NCBI GenBank assembly: GCA_964016885.1
Contig: OZ024747.1
Location: 18,104,001-18,168,000 of the forward strand
Direction: 5' to 3'
Source: Eledone cirrhosa
Lineage: Eukaryota
DNA length: 64,000 bases
Both the position numbers and the translations under genes were made by a program. Below, piece after piece: positions 43,401 through 52,879 of this stretch. The notes beneath the pieces are model-generated. The model made no database searches. It had not been told where the DNA came from and saw nothing but the letters and a program-made list of their open reading frames with translations. Every line of letters starts with the position of its first letter. Positions within the stretch are counted from its first letter, which is position 1.

Positions 43401-45567
43401 ATGATAAAATGCACCTAGTACAAGCTGTAAAAAGGTTGGTATTTTGGTATTAGAAAGGGCATCGAGAAACCATGCCAAAACGAGGAAGACATTCACCTGT
43501 CTAGTCTCAAAGTGTAATAACCAGTCCAACCTATGCCACCAAAGTAAACAAAGTGGTGGTAATGATGATGCATTTAGATATCTTCAGAGATAAAAAATAG
43601 AAATCAAAAAACTTACTTGAGTAGAGACAATATCCGGTTGTAGGACTTGATTAGCTAAACACCAAAGGACACGAGTACAAATAGATTTATCTTCTGTATC
43701 CAATGCACAGCGGCAGAGACCTTCTAATATTTCATTGCTGTCTTTTATTCTTAATAAGCTGTAAAAGCAAAGAAAAACAAATTACAAACTTTCCTTTATA
43801 AATTCCGGACAGCTTAACACTCAACACTAGCTTCAGTAGCCATTTTTTCTTTCTTTCTACTCTTTAAACATGGAGTAAGACAATATCCATGACCCTTTCT
43901 ATGGTAAGAGGGAAGCCAGATAGGGAAAGTGTAAAACATGGTTAATTTCCAATCATTGCCTGAAGACAACTTACTTGATACACAGATGCAGCAGTAGTTT
44001 CATACCTACATGACACATTCATGTCATTCATTTTCCTCTCAGTAAAAATAGAGTTCAAGTAATTTCTTACATTAGCACAAAGTTATAAATTGGTAAGAGG
44101 GACCATTCTGTATTTGATGGCAGAGAACAGGCATGTCAAACATGCGGCCACACAAAGGTTTTTACAATGCATGTTCGTAATATAAAATTAAAGAAATTAG
44201 TTGTGATGTGTGCAATTAGTTGTGTGTGGCCCTCAGACAACACGTGTGACCAATGTGGTCCTCGGGGAGCCCTCAGTTTGACATGCCTGGCATAGAAGAT
44301 CCTCTCCTCATTCCAGCAAGCAATGTAAGAAAAAAATCATTAGCCTACTAGATACCTCAATTTTGTATATAAGACACCAGGTGATATTTTTTTGTCATTT
44401 TTTGTAAAGAGGCCTTATAAGCACTCAATTATGATAGTTGATTGAATAAACCCTAGTGCATAATTGGTATTTATTTTCTGAAACTAAGCAGGTAAGTGTT
44501 GAAATTAAATATCTTAAATCATCTAGTGTGGTATGCTGCCATTTCTAAAACTCATTTTTGACTAATTTAATCATCTGTTGAAAAGGTAAAAAAATAATAT
44601 ATGCACACACTAACATTTCAACCTAGTACTCGTTTTACTGAAGGACTAAGTTATTTATTGGTGTGTTGATGATTTATGGAGAAAACTGATGAATAAGAAA
44701 GGAAAAGAGAAGGGAAAAGATAATAAAACAAGCTTACTTGACAATGGTATGATTCTGTAGAAAGAGTCCTAGCACTTGCAATGCATTCTCGGTAAGTTGT
44801 GATGAACCTTCCTGAATATCAGACTGTATCAATGAGATCACCTGTTTGCTGCTCTTGGCAACATCCTGGAGAAAAGCCTGGTCTTCATTCTTCACTTTCA
44901 GTTTACTAGAAAAGATTAAAAATGCACATCCTTTTATGTCTGCTTGCATGGGTTATAAATTGCGCTTTTCATAATGTTTAGATAGATACCCTTCCTATGA
45001 CTAAAAGCTTTACAGCATGCATTAGATGCATTTTATTGTGCCATCAACACCAGAGAGGTTGTCTGATAGGACACAAAGGTCCTCTCTATATCTACTCTCC
45101 TCAATGGGTTGCCTTCACTACAAGCTAGCTGACGAACAGTGTTTTTTTTCCTAATGATTTGTCCACCAGTAAAAACATTTGAATTAACTGACCCCTTTTT
45201 TTTAAAACATTTTCTATTAATCCATTACAGGATGTTGGGAATTAAATAATATATTTTGGAATATTAGAGAGATTGTTGATGTTTGTCAAAATGAACTCCA
45301 ATGCACATCCACCTCAAGATAATGCAGGGTTTGGTAAAAATATATATGGAAGGAAAATTGGGAAACTTTCAGAACTTTAATAAAACTAGAGTAATTACAC
45401 AAATTTTGAATTAAAAGCTACTCCATCAATGTTAAAATAGAAATCAATACTTACTCTGAAAATGTACTGTATGTGTCTGATTTAACTTTTATATTGCTAT
45501 TAGATGATTTCAAAACAGACACTATATTTGTTAATTTCATTTCCTCATTTGGTTTGGGAACAAGCAT
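11450..45567 (-). CDS. RIF1: Telomere-associated / replication timing regulatory protein RIF1, spliced gene (34 coding exons, ~2741 aa)
   Basis: The spliced translation carries RIF1 hallmarks: GILK...RRVSFADP PP1 motifs; CII 'ILPQLTSSMWSRGLSQLLKARKIHTVGDLASLSEYDIHNLPVRSPKV'; 'NEINQGDALEHNF'; 'ILTQHQKEVL...PAMYNSLDQSQD'; 'GTPALFL'. All introns are GT-AG with consistent phases. Confidence 0.96.
12480..12923 (-). CDS. RIF1: RIF1 coding exon 33 (acidic, disordered)
   Basis: AG/GT boundaries, phase 1-1, open frame. Confidence 0.85.
14006..14854 (-). CDS. RIF1: RIF1 coding exon 32, acidic 11-aa tandem-repeat exon
   Basis: 849 nt open frame; cag acceptor and gtaagt donor; phase 1-1. Confidence 0.78.
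14040..14845 (-). repeat. Coding minisatellite, 33-bp unit (30-bp variants), ~24 copies
   Basis: Unit encodes EEKTTDPSPEA or EEKTTDPSTE. Confidence 0.95.
14942..15025 (-). CDS. RIF1: RIF1 coding exon 31 (ASFSEVEEKT...EEKESSLQG)
   Basis: AG/GT boundaries, symmetric phase 1-1. Confidence 0.72.
15170..15200 (+). repeat. G31 homopolymer in a RIF1 intron
   Basis: Direct reading. Confidence 0.9.
15712..16070 (-). CDS. RIF1: RIF1 coding exon 30 (CII: SRGLSQLLKARKIHTVGDLASL...)
   Basis: Conserved CII DNA-binding subdomain. Confidence 0.95.
16806..16984 (-). CDS. RIF1: RIF1 coding exon 29 (...ILPQLTSSMW)
   Basis: Start of the CII subdomain; AG/GT boundaries. Confidence 0.93.
17442..17570 (-). CDS. 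RIF1: RIF1 coding exon 28 (QRRVSFADP, RVxF PP1-docking motif)
   Basis: RVSF at 17553-17564; AG/GT boundaries. Confidence 0.95.
18358..20811 (-). CDS. RIF1: RIF1 coding exon 27, large 818-codon disordered exon ending with the GILK motif
   Basis: Long open frame (ORF 18253..20658 extended to the acceptor at 20812-20813); S/T/E/K-rich; GILK at 18403-18414. Confidence 0.93.
20982..21784. mobile_element. Foldback (long inverted repeat) non-autonomous DNA element
   Basis: Arms 20982-21292 and 21330-21784 are near-identical reverse complements (the right arm has an insertion and an internal duplication); termini GGCACTG...CAGTGCC; flanking caatttt(t/c) direct repeat. Confidence 0.85.
22847..22916 (-). 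CDS. RIF1: RIF1 coding exon 26
   Basis: AG/GT boundaries; the phase 2 to 0 change is required to join exons 25 and 27. Confidence 0.82.
23332..24405 (-). mobile_element. Internally deleted piggyBac-family transposon with degenerate transposase
   Basis: TTAA|CCCTTTA...TAAAGGG|TTAA ends; frameshifted ORFs with an acidic N-terminus and 'WRPTDAAEMQAFF...YWSTD...ISSIM...YLHL', typical of piggyBac/PGBD transposases. Confidence 0.88.
24456..24509 (-). CDS. RIF1: RIF1 coding exon 25 (PAMYNSLDQSQD)
   Basis: Conserved RIF1 motif; AG/GT boundaries. Confidence 0.92.
25024..25103 (-). CDS. RIF1: RIF1 coding exon 24 (DFVVIEPP...ILTQHQKEVL)
   Basis: Conserved RIF1 motif; AG/GT boundaries. Confidence 0.93.
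25275..25445 (-). CDS. RIF1: RIF1 coding exon 23
   Basis: AG/GT boundaries, phase 0-0, open frame. Confidence 0.85.
25730..26095 (+). repeat. SINE-B-related tail with ~45-bp internal tandem repeats
   Basis: About 5 units of 'aaagcacccagt...ctgtaaggtgg...tggtgacac', then a (GAT)n tail. Confidence 0.65.
26150..26255 (-). CDS. RIF1: RIF1 coding exon 22 (...GLPGW...)
   Basis: AG/GT boundaries, phase 2 to 0. Confidence 0.9.
26424..26793 (+). mobile_element. CR1-group LINE 3' fragment (same family as 54781)
   Basis: 'RKHFFKLRVAEAWSKLPASVV'; (ATT)n tail. Confidence 0.9.
27245..27447 (-). CDS. RIF1: RIF1 coding exon 21 (YDTDLLNILSPLL...WKATF)
   Basis: Conserved end of the HEAT region; AG/GT boundaries. 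Confidence 0.93.
27956..28153. mobile_element. piggyBac-type MITE
   Basis: TTAA CCCTTTAGCATT...AATGCTAAAGGG TIRs; same family as 38648 and 62143. Confidence 0.8.
28711..28899 (-). CDS. RIF1: RIF1 coding exon 20
   Basis: AG/GT boundaries, phase 0-0. Confidence 0.85.
29665..29795 (-). mobile_element. Degenerate SINE family A
   Basis: Core 'ccccgtaaggatgaaagacaaag...gatttgaactcag'. Confidence 0.7.
29952..30100 (-). CDS. RIF1: RIF1 coding exon 19 (SPGKWSGKRKQNPL...)
   Basis: AG/GT boundaries, phase 1 to 0. Confidence 0.88.
30180..30640 (+). mobile_element. RTE-group LINE 3' fragment (same family as 46295)
   Basis: 'PTLTYGHETW...AEMGFLQRVFGVTLLDR'; gaagaagaa tail. Confidence 0.85.
30675..30777 (-). 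CDS. RIF1: RIF1 coding exon 18 (...VVDFS...)
   Basis: AG/GT boundaries, phase 0 to 1. Confidence 0.85.
31210..31359 (-). CDS. RIF1: RIF1 coding exon 17 (TLMKTWSNIYRTFA...)
   Basis: AG/GT boundaries, phase 0-0. Confidence 0.92.
31850..32050 (-). mobile_element. Degenerate SINE family A
   Basis: Core and both ends recognisable. Confidence 0.7.
32429..32533 (-). CDS. RIF1: RIF1 coding exon 16 (HNEINQGDALEHNF...)
   Basis: Highly conserved RIF1 motif; AG/GT boundaries. Confidence 0.95.
33096..33276 (-). CDS. RIF1: RIF1 coding exon 15 (...LWRLWSCLVNPL...)
   Basis: AG/GT boundaries, phase 2 to 0. Confidence 0.92.
33945..34282 (+). mobile_element. tRNA-derived SINE (family B) with RTE-type tail
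   Basis: A box TGGCTTAGTGG, B box GAGTTCAATTC, 'ttgagcaagacact' core, (GAT)n tail. Confidence 0.85.
34558..34631 (-). CDS. RIF1: RIF1 coding exon 14 (GTPALFLTELL...)
   Basis: Conserved GTPALFL motif; AG/GT boundaries. Confidence 0.92.
36119..36202 (-). CDS. RIF1: RIF1 coding exon 13 (KLFLAVSKLPKKILSSTAY...)
   Basis: AG/GT boundaries, phase 0-0. Confidence 0.88.
36627..36784 (-). CDS. RIF1: RIF1 coding exon 12
   Basis: AG/GT boundaries, phase 1 to 0. Confidence 0.85.
37440..37544 (-). CDS. RIF1: RIF1 coding exon 11
   Basis: AG/GT boundaries, phase 1-1. Confidence 0.85.
38648..38853. mobile_element. piggyBac-type MITE (left TIR degraded)
   Basis: Internal sequence matches 27956; right end AATGCTAAAGGG TTAA. 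Confidence 0.75.
38914..39063 (-). CDS. RIF1: RIF1 coding exon 10
   Basis: AG/GT boundaries, phase 1-1. Confidence 0.85.
39527..39599 (-). CDS. RIF1: RIF1 coding exon 9 (VCTPLLRFC...)
   Basis: AG/GT boundaries, phase 0 to 1. Confidence 0.85.
39790..39941 (-). CDS. RIF1: RIF1 coding exon 8 (KRIKLLMQ...KLEVWWY)
   Basis: AG/GT boundaries; conserved Rif1_N segment. Confidence 0.92.
40140..40272 (-). CDS. RIF1: RIF1 coding exon 7 (...ELGFKS...AFSAWKYLIENFA)
   Basis: AG/GT boundaries; conserved Rif1_N segment. Confidence 0.92.
40746..40838 (-). CDS. RIF1: RIF1 coding exon 6 (KMASELKKLFQSRNEVYVLRVWSLLVQLLGK)
   Basis: AG/GT boundaries; conserved RIF1 N-terminal segment. Confidence 0.92.
41039..41228 (-). 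CDS. RIF1: RIF1 coding exon 5 (LLQQVPKKMNEKAILW...)
   Basis: AG/GT boundaries, in frame. Confidence 0.9.
42335..42429 (-). CDS. RIF1: RIF1 coding exon 4 (...VEHEAVNLVVR)
   Basis: AG/GT boundaries, in frame. Confidence 0.9.
43617..43758 (-). CDS. RIF1: RIF1 coding exon 3 (...DKSICTRVLWCLANQ...)
   Basis: AG/GT boundaries; resembles the conserved RIF1 'TRALW' segment. Confidence 0.92.
44128..44289. mobile_element. hAT (Charlie-type) MITE
   Basis: TIR CAGGCATGTCAAAC; 8-bp TSD gcagagaa/gcatagaa. Confidence 0.85.
44738..44905 (-). CDS. RIF1: RIF1 coding exon 2 (KLKVKNEDQ...ALQVLGLFLQNHTIV)
   Basis: AG/GT boundaries, in frame, HEAT-like helix. Confidence 0.9.
45455..45567 (-). CDS. RIF1: RIF1 coding exon 1 (MLVPKPNEEMKL...)
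   Basis: ATG downstream of an acceptor at 45584-45585; gtaagt donor; phase 2 matches the next exon. Confidence 0.8.
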
Positions 45568-46294
45568 TGTTAATGATTATTACCTTCAAAAGAAAAAAAC
45601 ATTTACATAAATAATAAATTAAGTTTTAAACTACAATAGAAAAACAACAAATTACCAAAACAAATCTGCTCAAATTGGTTATTAGTAAATATCACAGCTA
45701 AGACACTACATAAAAATTGTACAACATTGTTGGAAGCACTAAAAACCATCAGGATTGTAAACTAGTAAGGTTGGTGAAGTTTGGAAAACACTGACAACCA
45801 AATTGTTTGCAGAAGTTCCAAATTTTGTTTTACTCTCAGCAAAAGAGAAAGAATGATCAAGATCATTTTCAAGGACTGAAAGAAAGGGGGGTTGGTATCC
45901 TCAAAAGTTTGTAAGAAAGTTGACTCCACTAAAGACACTCTCTTTCCCTCATTAGTCCCAGACACTGCACATCATGGGTACCACCTTTTCTGGAGCTGGT
46001 GGCATATTGTGTTCATCAGCAAGATGCTTCATTTCATAAGACCAGGATCCCTATTATTAAAACCCATGTGATGCAAACTCAGAGACAAGCTAAACCTACA
46101 TAAGTGTGAGTTGTAAAATTCATTTCATTTTTCATGGATCCATGCAATTTGTAATAGAATTTAGTTAACACTAAAATAGGATTTCACTTTTTAATGGGGT
46201 TTACTGAGAGATTTGCATCTTCTATTGGTGCTTGATTGCAAGTCTCAAAGTTTAATATTTCATATTCTGTTACAGAATTAACAATTTATCAACA

Positions 46295-46775
46295 TTCTTC
46301 TTCACCCACTTATTCCTGAAAGGGTCATGGGGGCAGAGTCCTCAAATATTCCTTCAAGTGGGTCCTGTCAGAAGCAACTGTCTCCAACTGATCTGGCTGG
46401 ATCCCCAAGCAAGGAAGACCAGCCAAGCTCATGGATGTTATCCAACCATCTTGCTCTGGGTCTCCTGCCGGTTGGTTTTTGCCTATAAAATCTGTCCAGC
46501 GATTCTTTCCTGAGATATTCTAACCACATGCCCATAGTATCGAAGCTGTGATCTCTCAATTCGGAGAAGTAGCGGCTCTACCTGGAGTAACTCTGATCTC
46601 TACACACTATCGAGTAATGTTACTCCAAAGATCCTTTGGAGGAACCCCATTTCGACCGCTTGTATTCGTGATTGTATTCTATTTGTCACTACCCAAGATT
46701 GATGACCATAGGTATGGGTTGGCACAAATACCGAATTTTTACACCCACCACCTTTCTTTTGATTACTGAAGTGAT
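46295..46775 (-). mobile_element. RTE-group LINE 3' fragment
   Basis: 'VPTHTYGHQSW...IQAVEMGFLQRIFGVTLLD', 'GRRPRARWLDNI'; (GAA)n tail. Confidence 0.85.
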
Positions 46776-46839
46776 TGTATGAATTAACTAGCAAAGACTG
46801 TAGATGTGATATTTTAGCAAAATATTTTCTTTTTGTAAG

Positions 46840-47045
46840 TCACAGTGAAACAAAGTAACACAGCATCAATTTCACAGCAAATGATTCTTTTTACAAATTC
46901 TATTAAAACCAAAGATAAGACATCAATGTGTATTTGTTGCCACTCATCAGTTAACAGCTGTGGTCGCTTAATATACTTGTGTCAGAATTATGTATCAGAT
47001 GATATGTCTCAAGTGAAGTTGCATCGTACAAAATGTGCAAACGTT
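46840..47045 (+). mobile_element. hAT-like transposase remnant
   Basis: 'CHSSVNSC...KLHRTKCANV' resembles the N-terminal segment of hAT/ZNF862-like transposases. Confidence 0.5.
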
Positions 47046-47395
47046 CTTCGCCTCCAAGTTAGTCGCTTCGGCCACACTGCAGCCGACAATACAGAGGACA
47101 AGAAGACAAACTAATATCGGGGTTTCTTCGGCCACTTCCTCTTCGCCGTTGAAAACTCAGACATTCTTGGACCCCGTACTGTCGAGCTCCTCCACAAAAT
47201 CGAAACGTCAGCAGCCAGTCTAAGGAAGGAACCCAGGAGGCGGGGTGGTTGTTGCAGTGGGTGTCGTTGGCCATTGTCCAAGGAAATCCCCTTGCAGTTT
47301 TAGTCCGCAGAGCGCAGCCCAAACACCGCCCCGGCCCTAGCCCCATCATCCACCCTTTCTTCTGTGGGCCCAAGAGTCCTTCCTTTTTCCCAAAC
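47046..47395 (+). mobile_element. CRE-clade (restriction-like endonuclease) non-LTR retrotransposon 3' fragment
   Basis: Frameshifted 'AADNTEDKK...AVENSDILGP...EPR/EAGWLLQWVSLAIVQGN' matches the CRE C-terminal pattern (AVET.G..G...WL.QR..LA..RGN). Confidence 0.7.
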
Positions 47396-48944
47396 GCCGA
47401 CGTCGAGCAGTATGATTAAAATCAATGGCAAATGCTGCAAAAAGTTTGACATTCCAAAACATATTTAACAAGAGTGGGACCTTGGATTTATACAAAAGAC
47501 CCAGATTGCAGCTGAAAGTTTGAAAAATTTAGTGAAATTGGAGAAATTATTTCTCAATGCTGGATGTAAGTAATTAACGAATATAAATAAAATTGTAAAC
47601 AAAAACTAAGTTTTTTAATATAATTAGACTTGAGCATCTTTCTTTCTTATCTAGCATTTTTTTTTTACTGAAATTTAGCATAAAATTCTAATTTTATGTT
47701 GGCAACAGTAATCATAGTATATACATAGAGGAGTTCTTTTATTCAGGAAACGTTCACTATCTAACACACCCGGGAAAATCGAATGCAAAAATTAGGAACG
47801 ATAACTTTTAAAGGTTACTATAGTGTGGAGGGAGGATAAGACATAAAAAGAAATGGCTATCAAATTAATTTATATTTTAATAATGAGTTCAATAAATGTG
47901 ACAGTCAACTTGTCTTGAAAATTTAATACTATCACAAACAACGATTTGAGAGTTAAAAATATGAACGTGTATAACCTTATATATACAAGTGTGTTTTATA
48001 TACACCCCACATACAATTAATTCCCTTTTGAAAGAAAATGCGGGAAATAGACAGTATATTTTTATTCAAATAAAGAGCATATATCTAACTTCACATTAAT
48101 CTCTCTATCAGATGTAAAAAACAACAAACAAACAATTCCCAAAAGGTATTTACGTTTAGATTCAATTAGACAATATAAAGTAATTTCATAATGAAAATAT
48201 CTAAAAAGAATCAAGCTTTCTCCCGCCTTGTTTTACGTAATTAGTAAATAAACACTGCAAGAAAGTGGGTAAAATAGTAAGTCAACAAGTATTCTATAAA
48301 AAATATTTTCACTGTTAATTTAGGATTTAATTTATGTATTAAAGATCGACTTATAACGAAATCTTTGCAAGTAAACTTCAGTGAAAATCTAAATTCTATA
48401 TATTCCGAATGAACAAATTAGAAATATATATCGTTAAAAGAAATAGTCTTAAATAATAAAAATAATAATAATCAAGAAATATAAGGTTTTAAACTTAAAA
48501 ACGAAGATGTAATTGGAGCAAAAATAACTAAACATAAGTTATTTATAAAAACATAATATAGTCCTATGGCTTTCTGGTAGAGTAAATACATTTGCTAAAA
48601 GTAATTTTCTTCAACATTTCTTCTAGTTAGTTAAAACACACTTTTCACCAAAGTGAAAGGGACAATCATTATATATAAATAGTTTACTTGTATTATAATT
48701 ATAAAGGTGACGAAATAAAAATAATTGTTTCTACTTTAGGCACAAGGCCAGCAATTACCCAGTGCAAAAATAATGGAATTTGATTCTATTCATTCAACAG
48801 GAAACACAATAAGACACTGTTAATAAGAATGTTAAATATATATCAAACTACTAATGTGATAAGCAAATCACAATATGAAGAAGACACTAGTAATGAATAT
48901 TAATAATTAAGAGTAACATATTACAAAAATTAGGCGAAACTTAC

Positions 48945-49015
48945 ATGTAAATTAAGCGTACAAATGATATACACCAACAAGTCGACATAACTTGTCACAG
49001 TGTCTCCATGCTTAT
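48945..49015 (-). other. Candidate non-coding first exon of RIF1 (5' boundary approximate)
   Basis: GTAAGT donor at 48939-48944 (minus), directly downstream of promoter motifs; coding exon 1 is preceded by an acceptor, so an upstream exon is required. Confidence 0.55.
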
Positions 49016-49160
49016 TTTTCGCGGCAAAACAATATTCAGCGCCAATAACTTAATACGTGATTGGTCAGAATGTGTCAGGTGACTAACTGTCTACGCATGT
49101 GCTCATAAACGTAGAACACAGACTGACAAACATATACACACAAACAAGAACGTGACGTCA
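49016..49160 (-). promoter_or_regulatory. Putative RIF1 promoter: overlapping E2F site, CCAAT boxes, CRE
   Basis: TTTTCGCGGCAAAA 49016-49029; CCAAT 49042-49046 and ATTGG 49060-49064; TGACGTCA 49153-49160, clustered in otherwise AT-rich DNA. Confidence 0.6.
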
Positions 49161-49712
49161 TGTCTTTTCTTGCATTTACAAACTTATTTACTTTTTAAGC
49201 AAGACATATAAACATAATTGTACACACATACAATTACATGTTTATACATACAATCGTATATAAATAAATAATTGAATCTCGAAAGAGTCATTTTAGCCAT
49301 TTAAAATCAAACAAAATCTTATTTTAAAATAAACGAAAACTTATTGTAAAAATAATTATTCATTTATTTCTTGGTGTCAACATTTTAGTCGCACTGATAC
49401 TATTTTTGTGTTTTTAGATGGCTAAAATTCCTCTTCGATGCTGTAATTGTTTTAGCTTCAACACTCGGACTCGGATCAAGTCACTTGTCAGACAAGTAGA
49501 ATTCCGAAATACATGTATTCATTTTATTAAGGCTAGGGTTATCAGACAGATAAGCTGTCGAAACTCCAGAATAACAAGACTCACTATTTAGCCTTAATAA
49601 GATGAATATTAAAACTGCTTCGGTATTGAATACACTTTTCTCTCAGCCGTCAACCACATACGGATGTATATATAAATATATATATATTTTTGTATGTATA
49701 TATATATATATA

Positions 49713-49930
49713 TATTAAAATAACAGATTAAAGTTTAAGCAAAGAATCGCTGCTTTCACCCTTAACGGGATCTTTCAGAAGATCCCGTTGAGAGTGAAAG
49801 CAGCGATTCTTTGCTTAAACTTTAATCTGTTATTTTAATAAATATTTGCTCTACGGTTCTTATATATCTGATATATATTATCCTTATCGAGCCCTCTTTG
49901 GATTTTAGTCTTCAAATGTATTATTATTAC
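49713..49930. mobile_element. Penelope-like terminal fragment with inverted repeat, within (TA)n
   Basis: ~60-bp arm palindrome at 49713-49840; internally deleted second copy at 57787-57910, also within (TA)n. Confidence 0.55.
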
Positions 49931-52771
49931 TATATATATATATATATATATATTAAATTGTTAAACAATATTCTGTCAAAGAATGAGTTTTACAGTAGAT
50001 TGGAAGCACTCAACGAAAAATAATTTTCAGGAGTTATTAATATTAAAATATAAGTATTAATAAAATAGATGTTCTTGTAATTGATCAAAAGAACATCTAT
50101 TTTATTAATACTTATATTTTAATATATAACTGACTGTTAAAGTAAACTCTACTTCCCATTGTCAGTACCTAATTTTAAGTACATTTGACTGCTATTTCTA
50201 GTAGATTACTGTGTAGACGGTGTATTCCTTATGGAGGAAGGAACTGGACCCTGCCTTTGCTGCGGGACTGTTGCTCACCAAGGATAGGGGAAGAACTGGC
50301 TGGCACTACTCCTCAATCCATTTTTCAATGGTGTACCTTCATATTTACAATGATATGCTTATTCCGAAATTATTGCGAGTGCCCACCCAAAATGTTCTAA
50401 ACACCACCACCGGCCCTAAGGCCCGAACACCAAATCCTGAAAACAGGCTTGCTTCGCGAGCCTTCCGAGACCAGTGTAAACAACACGGTTAATGTTCCTT
50501 TTGAATAGTACGGCTGCTTGGGACGGGAATATATCCGGAGAAAGGGATCGACATTCTGAGAAAAATTGCTAATAATGGGCTTAATGGGAAGAGACAAAAT
50601 TGTTAATGAGAGGAGATATGAATGTCTCGGGCGTAGCTGTGTAAAGGTGGCAGAAAATCAGCTTTCGGAGAAGCAAAGGCCATTGTAGTAGTGATAGAAA
50701 GGACAACGGGAGAAGATAACATGGGAGTGTGGGCCAGCGGCTGGAATGTGTTAGTGAGTGACTTCGTGATAATCGGTCATACGACCGGGCCTGTTGCGGA
50801 AAAAAAAGGGGGGGGGGGGGGCACTGGATGGCATTACCCACTTCATCCCCGTCTTTTTATGGTGCACCTTCAGATATTGAAAATAGTTTATAATAAACAT
50901 CCTGAAATGCGTTCCTTAAATTAGAGAGCCCACACAGAATGTTCCGAAGCCTCCCACCCGCCAAGTACCAAAGCTTGGCGATGTTCTTATGTGTTACTTT
51001 TCTTTTGATGCGATCAAATATGTCTGTGTGGGAGCAGTACACCGTTTTGGGTCTTACCTGTGTTTTGTAGAAGGTTAGTTAGTGTTAGTGAGAGAAAAGG
51101 CGAGATAAGTTTCTAAACCTGAAGAGGAAGCCATGTTGAAGGGGATTCTCGGTGATTATAAGGCCTAGCATTTAAAATGACGGTGATCTTTCTGATTGAT
51201 GGCTGTTCACGTTTAGCAAGTACGGCGATAATGGTTTCTTGATGTATGAAACCAAGATCAGAAAATGTCTTACCAGCACCTGTTGATGGAGTCGGTGTAT
51301 GCTTTCGTGAGGTGTCTAAATTACATGTGCATGACAGTTGGGTAAAGGTGAGAAGGCGCTGTTGGCGGTTGACGGCAGGTAGTTTGTTAATATCTGTGAG
51401 TATGAGAGAGAACTACATCTGTAAACGCAGCGATGTTGCGATCTGACAAGAAGAGAAGCCACAGATATAAGAGACGAATGGAGATGATGGACAAACGGTT
51501 TTTGGCAGGAGATTCGCGTGTCAAACACCAATGCTTTGTCGCTATCAGTGAAATCATATTGTTTACTTCTTTTGAAATACACTAGTGTTTGTCAATACAG
51601 AGCCTCTAGTGAATATCATAATGAATTCATAACTGCTGAAAATTTGTAAGGGGTGGATGTAGTCGATCGAATCGACTTCGTAGATTCCACTGATATGAAA
51701 ATCAAGTATGAAAATATAATTGTAATGCTAAAGAGATCGCCAGAATATGGTCGTTTTAAATTTAGATAGGTGCGTAATATTTCGAAAGTAGTTGCGTTGA
51801 GTTTTGTGCCTAATTTTCATGAACATTTATCTGTCAATTGAATACGCCAACTACATATATGATAACAATATTGTATGGAGAGAAACAATAATATATCAGG
51901 AACCGACGAATTCCCTTAACTTCTGTTCAGTTTTTCTTAAATAGTGAGAATCATATAATTTCTTTTGGAGAGATGCTTACTGAGGAATAAAATGACATGC
52001 AGCAATTCTAATAATCTTGTGTTTTATCAAATGCTCTTTAGTTATGTATGTAGGACCCCGAAACTCCTGGGGGAAGCGTCAGATTGCCATCGTGACAGCC
52101 TTGGCCACTTTCATTCTGACAGAACCCATCCCTCTTCAGGTCTAAACAAAGCCGATTTCTTCCAGAAAAGAAAGGCGGAATGCTAGAGAGGAAGAAAGAA
52201 ATATAAAGATAGAATCTAGATCAGTACTGAACTGGTATTTTTTATCGCCCTTGAAAGGCAAATTGACCTCAGATTTGAACTCAGAAAGCGCAAAGAACCA
52301 GGCCGAATACCGAAAATTATTCTATCCGACGTTCTAATGACTATACCAATTCACCTCCTGCCCTTTAATTATAGACTGTATGCATCGATGAAGTTATAGC
52401 GGAATAATTTATTATTTAAAATATGAATTTTGCAATGAAAAAAAATTTTTCTCAAAAATATACGGATAATACTTGTGCAAGGGAGCTAACTTCCACTGGC
52501 TATATAGTTAAATGCATCAATAGTCACGAACGCCTTTAAAAAAATCTTTCCGTTAAAATTTTAATTTTTACTTTCCAAATCACTTCCATACTTACTGCGA
52601 TCGGGATCATCCGCAACAATAAGCCCCGCGAATTGGATTATGTCTTTTACCTCTGAGATAACGCTTTTGTACTATCTATTCTGTCCACCTGAGGTTTTGT
52701 GCTTCAGAGATATCAAACGGAAGAACGTGACAACCTTTTATTGGTTGGTTTCTGCTGTCACCGTTATTCAC

Positions 52772-52802
<31 letters not shown>

Positions 52803-52879
52803 ATTACCGGTCTCCCGGCCTTCGCTCCGTTCTGAACTTTACTAGACGTCTTTCATAAAGGTTGTGGGTTCACACTCGA

